Assembly (NCBI RefSeq): GCF_026571515.1
Contig: NW_026858498.1
Coordinates: forward strand, 310,001 to 374,000
DNA: 64,000 nt
Direction of reading: 5' to 3'
Source of the DNA: Ruditapes philippinarum
Lineage: Eukaryota
Part shown: piece after piece, positions 27,958 through 38,379 of the stretch
How positions within the stretch are numbered: the stretch's first letter is position 1
Layout of the letters: each line of letters opens with the position of its first letter
Notes under the pieces: generated by a model
Databases searched by the model: none
What the model saw: only the letters and a program-made list of their open reading frames with translations
What the model was told of the DNA's origin: nothing
Made by a program: the position numbers and the translations under genes

Positions 27958-28190
27958 ACACCTTTGTCCGATTAGTTACGGTCTTTGACTTCAAACCACT
28001 TGCCCCTCATCGCTGTAGGTTCAAATACCGCCAGTGACTTTTGATTCATTCATTTGAGGAAGCTATCCGTCGATTATTCTAACTAGGTGCCCACTTGTGC
28101 CTGAAATAATGGAGGGAACCTTAGGCTTTCCTCTACAATAAAGCTGGAAAGTCGCAATATAACATCTACTGTATTGGTACGACGTAATAC
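27958..28190 (+). mobile_element. tRNA-derived SINE (bivalve Meta-domain-like), decayed
   Basis: Box A-like GTCCGATTAGTTACGG, box B-like GGTTCAAATACC, body GAGGAAGCTATCC..GGTGCCCACTTGTGCCTGAAATAATG, tail AAAGCTGGAAAGTCGCAATAT. Same position as the SINE at 49839, so it predates the duplication. Confidence 0.85.
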
Positions 28191-31002
28191 ACAGCCAAAA
28201 ATTGTGAAAAACCAGTGAAAAACGTACACTTATTTACATATGCCTTTAATATGGACATGTTTGGATACGATGTTTTTCTGTTGGTCAGTGTCATATGTGT
28301 TGAAGGTGAATAGCACTCCATGTGAAATATATTTGTTTAACTAACACAATAACTGTATGAAAATCGCTGGACAGTACAACATCAAGTAAGCTCAAACTGA
28401 AAGTATGCTTCTCCAAGGGTATATAGTGAGTTGAGTGAACAGGTGAGAGTTTAAAAAAATACATTTTGCATAATTCCTTACAATATTGTAAGAAACTTTG
28501 AATGAACGATAAAAAGCTTACATGGCACAGGGAAATTTCTGGCAATATCCATCTGAATTTGCTTATAGAGTTCAATTTATAAAAAGAGTTGGGCAGCCGT
28601 TTAATATTTTAGGCAGATTTACGTATCAACTGTTGGTCTATTACCATTATAACAGTCACTCGTTTGAAATATGTAATAAATCAAATTCAACTTGGCAATT
28701 AAAATAATAAGCAAAATGTAACTTCAAGAGAGTCCTGAAATAGATGATTTTCATATAGCAAATAGTATATCCATTTTCCGCCATTTTGAGGACCATACCA
28801 AAATATTATATGATTAGAAAATTCCCATAATTCTGTCATCTTCATGAACACTGATAAAAATATTTAACATATGTTCACTTTGATTTTTTTCTTCATATGC
28901 AGAAAATAATTCGACAATTTCACATAAATCAGTTTTTTATATTGATTTTCTTTTCAGATTTTATCAATAAATAATTATAGAATATAGGCCCCCAAAATAG
29001 CTGCAACTTTTGACAAGTTAAATATTGATTGAAAAAATCGGAAACTATCTTATGACTTTTGATATGAACTCAGAAGCATTACCATTACTTACTTAAAGTC
29101 TTTCATTTATTAAATTTGCTACTTCTTCCGCGGGTTTAATTAATTGCAGTAATGAATTGCCATGTATGATGTTTATTTGTAAAACAGCCACTTATCAATA
29201 TAAGAAAATATATTATAGAGCGCCGAAACACTAGAAGAAATTTTCTTTTCTTGTTCATTTGAAGAATGACGCATGATAATTTAATCAATCTTTAACAGGC
29301 ACAAAATATACGTTTTTTAAATCCTGCGTGTGACTTTTAGAGGTGAAATAATGTTGTTGATTATTGCATGCAAAGAATTATAATTACTTTATATAGACGA
29401 ATAGTACTTAACAAGAGATTTTGATCATTGCGACATTCTTCAATTACGAATCTCGTCAGGATATTTAATAAAGGTATGCCCTCAATGGTCAATACATACT
29501 ATAAATTTTCATTCATTGAAGAATAACTTTATATGACTTTATAGAAATATAAATTTGTTTGAATAAATGTAAATTTTCAAGGTATACTTACATTTTTGTT
29601 TTGTTCTGTACTCTGAATTAGAAAATCTTTTGTAGCAACATCTCTTTTAAGTGTTTAGTGTTATAAATTTTGTCTCAGAAACTAAGTCCCTCTCAGAGAT
29701 ATTTTATCAACATATTGTTTATAACTTTAAGCGGGTAAAATTGTAAAAAGAGACAGAAGTTCAAGAATTATAAACTTCACTGAAATCATTTGAGTTAAAC
29801 GTTATATTTGAGGTCATTCTCGTTATTTTATGACGAGTACTTTATAAAAAGCTTGACATAATACAAAATAATAATAATATGTTTAATTTATATCAAGTAT
29901 TTTCATTACAGAATAATGCAACTATTTTGATTTTGAACTTTGATTGCTTACTGTGCTCTGTAATGTTCTGTTCTGCTTTCTGTGTCCCAAATCAAGTACA
30001 GACATCTGCCAATTACGTTTTGGTTAGAAAATCAGTTGTATAATTGACACATGTTCTCCTTCTGGACAACTTGATTCAATTACGTCGGACAGAATTAATC
30101 GTTCTAGTTGTGCCAGTCATGTTTATAGAAACCTCTGGTTTTCATTAAAAAAACAAAAACAACAACATCAATAAACTGCAATTCTATAAAAGGAATATCA
30201 TTTTCATAGCGTTATCCATGTTTCTCTTCATTCATGACAATATTTTGCTATATGTTTCGCCTAAAAGATTACTAAAAAGTCCCAAAAGATAAGTATGAAT
30301 AGCTAGAAAACATAGCTTTAAAAGCGAGCATACATATATTGGCTACTCACAGGTTGACAAATTTAATATGTTAGGTTAAAGTCGTTTCTGTATTTTGTTC
30401 AAATACTTATATGATAAATTGTATGTATTTTTGTTTCTTAACGTTGTTGTCTATAAATATTGGAAATCTGCATGTCCAGTTAATAGTACAATATAATATA
30501 TATATTACCTTACACCAATCATACAATAATATTTCTTACTTCATAGAAACAGTTAAAAGTAATTGATCGTTGACTATTTTCCCTTATTGGTTTTATTGCC
30601 TTTAAGATCTAAAGAAAAGAGAAAGTAAATATCGTTTTTGTAAAATAAATTTTAAATATATAAAATGAATGTTGACAAACTCGTTTCAAAGAAGGAGAAA
30701 ATAAGCCGTTCATTCAAATTGCAGGTACTATTCTAATCGTAAATCTATCTGGTATTTATACATGGTGATAATATATTAATAAAAAAGCAAAACATTTAGC
30801 AGTAAAGGAATAATTATTATATGACAAATTGTCAATTTTCATTAATTTATAAACTTAAGTTTTCATCATTCACCCGATGAATAATTGATAATTTCTCTAA
30901 AAGGTCATTTCAAGGATGCATTGCATACAGCTATTGACGAACTTCTTTAGATGATATAAATCTGTGAAACATGTTGCATAGATTTTATTTATGCTATGTT
31001 AA

Positions 31003-31974
31003 AGGGACTCCACTGAGGTTTAAAAGCCTTAAAACATAACATTTGAATTGCTTACATAAATGAGCTGGGACACTTTAAACAAAAAATTATGCAATGATAG
31101 TTAAGAAATATACTTTGAAATAAATTGAAAATCCTATGTTTATGCTTTTCTTAGTCAGATTTAAGTGAAAAGCGTTTAAACGCTTTTCATTTTGGGACAT
31201 TTTTTTACAATTTGAATAATTATTCTGGAAAAACGAAGTGCGCATATGATCAGAAATTTTGCACAAAGATTACTGGTTGGAGACCACCAAAACCGGACAA
31301 CCAACAAACCCGGACGGCACCGAAAATGCTTAACTTAGTGTTTTTTCTTTTTGTTTAGTGGTTTTCAATCTATCAGTCACTTTTTTTATCAACATGCATG
31401 TTTCTTCTATGATTAATAAAATTTATTTCAATTTCCGTAAACGGTAATATTTTATTGTCTATTTCAAGAATGTTGACGCTGAAAATTGGGGCATTGGAGT
31501 GCAATACCTGACCTCATATACCACCTATAATCATTTGCAGAGTTAAAAAAAGAATATCGAAAACTTCAGCATTTGCTGCTGATATATTGTTTATCATGTT
31601 AAAAATAAAAAATTAAAACACCCAAGCTTTTATCTGAATTAAATCACGTCAAGTACAAATCTGCCCGGACACATGATACTGTAGTGCGGACAATTAAGGT
31701 AATTTTGATACCCTCCTTCATAGGCCTCAGATTTAAGTGTCAATATAATCAGAAATAAACAAACTAGTAGGTTAGTTAGAAGAAGAACCTAGCTGTACTG
31801 TGTCAATTTTTTGGTCTCTAGGTTTGAAAATATGAAATCTGTGAAGAAAAATGTTCAAAAAGTGTCTGGTTGATGGTCCCTGACCAGTAGTGGTCTAAAC
31901 CTACATCAAATGGTACATTTATCTGGAAAAATATTTTCAATCCCATCATGTCAAAAAACCTCAGTGGAGTCCCT
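31003..31974. mobile_element. non-autonomous TTAA-targeting DNA transposon, Kolobok-like
   Basis: TTAA TSD at 30999-31002 and 31975-31978; TIR AGGGACTCCACTGAGGTTT / AAACCTCAGTGGAGTCCCT. The AG terminus fits Kolobok better than piggyBac. Confidence 0.85.
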
Positions 31975-33520
31975 TTAACAAATGTACGTATGAAGCTATA
32001 ATCGGATTATTCAGTGTTAAATTCTGCAATTTTGCTTTTGTAGTTTTTCATTTATTTTATTTTCATTATATCATATAATTAGCTCTTTCATCTTTGTTGA
32101 TAAAATTTTGTAATAGCCACCAGAGGCATGTTTTGTTATACATAATGTTTATATTGTTAGCTCCTAAATTGTTTTCTCAAACATCGTAGCACAACTGTAA
32201 CATTTATTATACTACAAGAGTGGTTTGTTGAGAATTGCTTTTATTTTCAACTTTAAAGATTTACCAAACCACTAGACATACCTTCGTATAAAACACATTT
32301 ATAATTACTTACCAAGTTCTAATCTCTAAATGAATGTAAAATGTAGATGCAAAAGAAAACACTCTTAGTCTCTTTATTTCTCAAACATTAATTATTTTAA
32401 AAAATGTGAATGTTTTTCTTGACCTATTTTAAATATGTTCATGTTTATGTCTTTTATTTTTCTATCAAGCTACATAGAAATGTCAATGAACAACAGTTAT
32501 ATACTGCAGTTCTATATTGCAAAACTTCTTGAGACTGATGTTCAACTATTTATTACAAAATGTCTGGTGTTTTACCCTTCGGGAAGCTATAATGTCCATG
32601 ACAAATGATGGCCAGACCAACAAAAGGTTACAAAACGGGCAAGTATTAAACTATTGTGTCCAGAATAGCCTTTTATGTACAAACTTAAGTAAAAAGGAAC
32701 ATAGGACTTATCATGACATAGACCATTCTCATTTACTGGTGGTATAAACCTGTTATCCTCTATTCACTTTTTAGGCAAAGAAATATCTTGAAGATAAAGT
32801 GCATATACAAAATTTTGCTGTTTTTGTTCTGCAAGTGTGCGACATTGTATCAATTGCAAATGTTTCCTTCTACAAATATGAGTTGTTTATCTTTTTTGAA
32901 ATAAACAATAGAAATGTTAATTAAAACATTTTTAATAATCAGTTTGTGTTGTAGTACGTTCACAGTTGAAAGTAAGTAATTAAAGGTCCATTACGCCCCA
33001 GAAATCCCAAACTTTCTTTTCTATTTCTCAAACACTGTTTATTTTGGTATCTTGTGACAGTTTCCAAAACCGTACTCATTTGCTGTATACAATTTGCATA
33101 TTTAGTTCTATTGCCAATTGATATAATTATAGTGAATGAGTATTTTGTATGGAAGTCAAAATACTACTTTGTTTACATTTTGCTACCTTCACTCAAGAGT
33201 GATGAAGTCAAAACTGGCGACTAGGTTGAAAGAGTCTGTTCATAAGTGATAATTTAAAATGCAAAGTTTCTCACTTCCAATTGAAGCAACCTAAAATATT
33301 ACTCAATCTTAAACAAAATAAAGCATATCGAATCTAAAGAAATATTGATATGATGATCTATACATAAAAGAAAGCAAGTTTTAATTTTAGGAATTTGATA
33401 ATACAAGCAGATAGTTTATGACATTTGATCATATATATACGAGTATGTATTATTAGTTAAACTACAACTTAATAAAACGAACTATAACTTAATAAAACGA
33501 ACTCTTGAAATTTTAGTATA

Positions 33521-34051
33521 TCATTTTTAGATTTTCATATTACTATCAACAACAATTCTATTCACACGAAAATCTTTTATAAAAGAGATGAATTTGACTT
33601 TTGTATAGTTAATTATCCCCATTTAGATGGAGACGTACCCCATGCAACATCTTACGGGGTGTATGTTTTTCAGTTAATTAGATTCGCTAGAGCTTGTAAA
33701 GGATTTCAACCAGCGGATATTTTTTTTACCAGCAAACTTCTAAAACAGGACTACCGCTATCATAAATTACGGAAATATGTTACTAAATTTTACAATCGTA
33801 ACTTTGATTTAATTTCTAAATTCAATAGCGATTTAAAAACTATTCTGCGACAAGGGATTAGCCAGTCTGGTTTTTATGGCAATGTGATTTACAAACTTTG
33901 TAAGATTTTGGGTCATGGTAATTTTCCTGCCGTTTTTACTAAAATCATTAAAGGTTTTATTAAAAGAGGTTATGACCCTACTATTTTAAGACATACCGCA
34001 TGTTTAGTGTTCAACCCTTTTACAGTTGGACACTACGCTTTCCTCTTTTGA
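33521..34051 (+). pseudogene. Penelope-like reverse transcriptase C-terminal/thumb fragment
   Basis: Open frame SFLDFHITINNNSIHTKIFYKRDEFDFCIVNYPHLDGDVPHATSYGVYVFQLIRFARAC..; resembles the PLE YDKRDDF..YGVYISQLIRYARAC motif. It ends with no C-terminal GIY-YIG domain, consistent with the N-terminal-endonuclease Naiad/Chlamys group. Confidence 0.85.
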
Positions 34052-34072
34052 TTACATCTGACGGACAAAGTG

Positions 34073-34136
34073 GGAGACTCTATGATGGATAGTTCGTAAA
34101 GCCCTTTGGGACTGAATTGTCTTAATGTTCGTCTTC
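34073..34136 (+). promoter_or_regulatory. SECIS-like stem-loop (type II) downstream of the RT ORF
   Basis: Helix I GGAGAC/GTCTTC; ATGA core at 34082; helix II GGATAGTTCG/TGAATTGTCT (10 bp including G-U pairs); AAA at 34098-34100; apical mini-stem CCC/GGG; 3' core TAAT instead of TGAT. Confidence 0.6.
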
Positions 34137-35090
34137 TGCCTTGCTACGTCGGGCCCTTGTAGGTGATTTTCTTGTTGCTCTGTCTTCCTTTAGGACATTG
34201 AGTACTTTTGTTATGGTCATTGGGTTTACTTTTATATGTTTCTACATGATCATTTTAGTGTTTTACTTATTTAACCTTTTGTAACCATGACAACTGTTAG
34301 AATTTCACTTGGCGGGGATTCATTTTATTTACACTGTCTCGTTTATAGGAACATGGTGGGGCTAAGAGCGAGGTTTGGTGCACCATTAACCGGTTTAAAC
34401 TCCCCAGCAGTAATTATTATGCTGCTGACCGTTCCAAGGCGGCGCCCCACTGTGTTCCTCAGATGTATGTCTATGTTGTTTCATACTGTTTTTGTGACAC
34501 TTTTGCTTGTGTCCCTTGTTGTTTTCTCGTCTACGGTAAGTATCTTCCCCATTGCCTCTAGTTTTTATTTCTTTGATTAACCCCCCTTCCCCCGGTCTCC
34601 TCTCCCCTTCCCCTTTGTGGGCCTATTTTTATTTTCTTTGAATTCCTAATCAGTTACAAATTATTTATCATTTAATGATTAACGTGTCTTTGCCCTGTCC
34701 TTTTTATGTTTGGGGTCCGCCTGGGCTCCTTGCCATTGGGTTCTTGTTGCTTGGTCATATGGGGGTTGCGTTCATTGAACGCCGCCTTTCCTTGTTGATC
34801 TTGTTTATCATATTTCATAATTCTTGTTATACCAAATCCTGTCTTTTAAACATTCTGGCAGGTGATAAGATTAAGCCTAGTCAATTCTGATGTTTTTAAA
34901 AGCAATTTTCATTAAAGAAATAGGTAATAGTATTGTCAAAAGTACGCGTGGAGACATAAGATTTCAGTGTTATTTCGATCAAATATATATGAAGTGCATA
35001 TTGTTATGTTATGGTTTGGTTTTACGTCGTATCAACATAGTAGAGGTCATACTCGTACTATTTCACTTTAAGTTTCTATTATTATTCAGA

Positions 35091-35262
35091 TTAACAGACA
35101 CGCCACACAAGCACGATCATTTATTTATTATTTATTGCATACGTTTCGACTTTTTGCCTTCATCACTACAAAACATATAAAATACCGGAAGCGACATCAC
35201 AACGGAACACGGTTTAAACGCGCGAGAAACGCTATGGTGTTTAGCGACTTTTTTATTTTTGA
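35091..35262 (-). mobile_element. 172-bp insertion with a degenerate minimal hammerhead ribozyme (Penelope pLTR-like)
   Basis: Flanked by TATTATTC(A/T)GA at 35080-35090 and 35263-35273, with a single copy at 52820-52830. The minus strand reads TTGTA-GTGATGA-AGGCAAAAAGTC-GAAACGTA-TGCAA-TAAA. Confidence 0.6.
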
Positions 35263-35764
35263 TATTATTCTGAGGAAGAAAAACTTCTTTTTGTAAAACA
35301 ATATATTTTGTTGCATCAAATGCCATTTGGTCAATGTCCTTACTCGTCTGCAAACAACATAGACAAAAGGTTTTCAGCCTTTCCAAAACATGAATACAAA
35401 ACACTGTATCATGTTTGTGTGCCTAACGTACACGATTTCTTTTGCATAAGTCAAAACCACCAGTTTTGTATTATATTATCCCAACATGCTAGAATGCGAC
35501 GTAACATTCAAAAAATGTAGAACAAACACATTTGTATATATCATGTGGAAAATAAATATGTTGATAAATAAATTTATATTCCATTTATTCCAATATAAGA
35601 ACAATAATTGTAAATCTTGAATTGAGGCGTGAAATATTAAAAAAATAAAATAAGAAAATCAAAACATTATTAACAACAAAATCAACAACAACAACAACAA
35701 CAACAATATGTTTATACCTTCATGTGAAAAGAAACAAATTTCATTTATGGACATATCATGTATA

Positions 35765-35925
35765 CGAATTAATCAACATCAGAATTGTGAACCTATGAAA
35801 CTAAATATTAGTATTGCTGGCAGTAATAGCTTCCCTGAGAAATAGTTCCGGCGTATCTCTAAGACGTAGCCTTATGGGAAAACTTTGCCTCACACTCAAT
35901 AATTAGAAATGTTGTATACGATTTT
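35765..35925. other. exceptionally conserved non-coding block (paralog 53319-53479; diverged relic ~58780-58928)
   Basis: One mismatch in 161 nt between copies whose flanks carry frequent substitutions and indels. Confidence 0.7.
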
Positions 35926-38309
35926 TGTCCGGTCCATGGCACTGCTTTGCTAATGCAAGATATCTACATAACGTGTGACTTTTGTTTTATAAAAAACACA
36001 GTGAAACGTTAACATACTTACAATATTTTGTGTTTTAATGTTGAATTAAAAAAGCAAACAAACACAAAAAAACACACAAACAAGCAAACAAACCTTATTT
36101 TGATCATAACGTCATTGTTATGACAAACGGGTTTAAAAAAAAATTAATATTATACTATTTTTTATATTTCATACAAATTGATTTTTCCTCAATGAAAATG
36201 CCATTTAAGAAGTAGATATTTAAAACGTAAAAAATCATGTTTGTTTAATTTGCACATTTTTAGATTTCATTGGCTTTTTATACAGGAGACAAAAATGAAA
36301 GGAAAGAATTACCGAAGAAAATAAATGTAAAATTGATAAACAAATCAAGCAAATCAGACAAATAGAAAGTTGCGGCTTTCGTATTCTAGCTATGCCCGCT
36401 TTTATCTTTATTTCTTTAAATCTTTTTTTATATTTGGTGTCCTGTTATAGTTTCGAAAAAAAGTTACTCATTGGCATATTCCTGAACTATATAATCATCA
36501 ATTCAAAATATAGAAAACGGAATTCTGAAAAAATGCCCAAAACGAAAACATTGAAAATGTTACATGCTCGATTGAGGTGTTCACAGACATTACTGTAAAG
36601 TGCAAGTTACCGTCCACGTCCCCTAGCACCGGCTTAAGCAGATTACAACATTTAAACATGAAAAGGTGAAGTTTTAAAATAAGAAACATCCGCAGATGTG
36701 TTCATACTATTTATATAGGTCAATCGCGAACTCTTTGTTACATATCACTACCACTTGCAGAGAGGTCACATGTATTTAAATAGGTACTATGTTTCGTATA
36801 AAACTTATTACAATAATTAATTATAAACAGATTATCAAAGATTTTTTAAGAGTAAAGGTTGTTCCATTTCACATTTTAAACAGACATTATGAAACATTGA
36901 TAAAGTGTGTAACATAACAGTGTTTATGAATGTCTGCATGTTTTTGGTATTGTTATTGAAATAGGATGTTGTAATTTGACCTTTTCATATATAATTTTTT
37001 ACAAAAAACATTGTAAACTTCATTCGTATTAGAAAGTTTAAACAAGTTCTATAGTGTTTTTTTTTTGTGCTTCCGAGAGATCATCCATTTTCCAGAAATT
37101 TATTCCTCACAAAAACCGGTGTCAAGTGCTGTGTGGCAGCTTTGCAAATTTGACCCGTATTTTTCTGGTTCTTCGGGATCATTTAATCCAGCCCGTGAGT
37201 ATTTTCCGGATGTTTACAGCAAGATATCAGATATGTTTTATAACTAATTTCACATCTTACAAATTGTACGTTTTACATGTTTTTGATATTTGAAGTAATA
37301 AAATTTATATCATTTAAGATCTGTAACAAATGCTTTAATAATAATGTTTTTTATAGCTGCCATTAAAAACAACTAACCAAACAGTAACCTTTACATAAAA
37401 CAACACTCTATATAGCCGTTTTTTTTCCTGTTTATATATAAATAGATCCTCATGTTTAATATTTCCTTTACGGCAAATTGAATAAAAATGCAGAAGTAAA
37501 CAAACACATCAGATTATGTAAGTAATATCGTTACTTACCATGCTTTTATCGGAAATTGAGCTTATTTGAAATAGTGGAAATAAGAGCGCCAGTTACATAA
37601 CAGTATTCAATTATCAGAGGTCGTATACTGACAATCAGAAATAAATGGGAAGCACTTTAATTCGCATGCATTGTACACAAAATGATCAAATAAAGTTCGG
37701 AAATGATGTTATCAACAAATATGCAGTCATACACAATCATAAATATACGCATGAACAAGGATGTAAAAACATTAACATTTTATAATTAAACTAAATTGCA
37801 CTGATCCCTCTTGTAAATAATTTGTATAGTACGTAATTTATATGTCTTGAACAACTACGCAAAAAGAAACATGTCAATTAAGAGCTTTATCTCTATCTCC
37901 TTATTTAGACTTGCAACTTCAAATTTTTCAGTCTACACAATTTTGATTTACTTGTTTTTGTCACGATTTGTTTTCCGTGATGCTCATTACGATGCTCTTC
38001 GATAGCAAAATTTATAATGTGATTTTTATAACTACGGTACATTATGCATATCAGAACATTTTGTATGAATTCTATAATTCTTTTATTTGTCCGCCCGCTC
38101 AGTTTAATGGGTAATAATTTGCATTCCAGGGGTCACATTAACACATACATGTTCTTCCGTGTGTTTTTTTGTCTTGTATGCTACTTAATACAATCAACAT
38201 AATTATAATAGTACTGTAGACATTCCATTAAATTAAATCACTTATTCACTTTAAGTTAGAATAATTTTAGAAACCCATGAACATGGAGTAGGAATTGAGA
38301 ATTTAAGAA

Positions 38310-38379
38310 TCAATTTAATATGGCCACAAGATGTCTTTCATTATTTTTAACAAAACATCTTGTGGCCATATTAAATTGA
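38310..38379. repeat. perfect inverted repeat, 25-bp arms and 20-nt spacer
   Basis: TCAATTTAATATGGCCACAAGATGT (38310-38334) / ACATCTTGTGGCCATATTAAATTGA (38355-38379). Confidence 0.95.

Larger units (their letters stand above)
33521..34813 (+). mobile_element. 5'-truncated Penelope-like retroelement (Naiad-type), copy B
   Basis: RT C-terminal coding followed by a ~760-bp 3' region; absent from copy 2 (~52480). Confidence 0.9.

Noticed and set aside
34287-34320. Second ATGA..AA..GA SECIS-like pattern in the PLE 3' region
   Set aside because: Helix II is short and mismatched next to the core and there is no good helix I; much weaker than 34073-34136.
35832-35853. TCCCTGAGA, the 5' end of miR-125/lin-4
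   Set aside because: The match stops after 9 nt and there is no canonical precursor hairpin.
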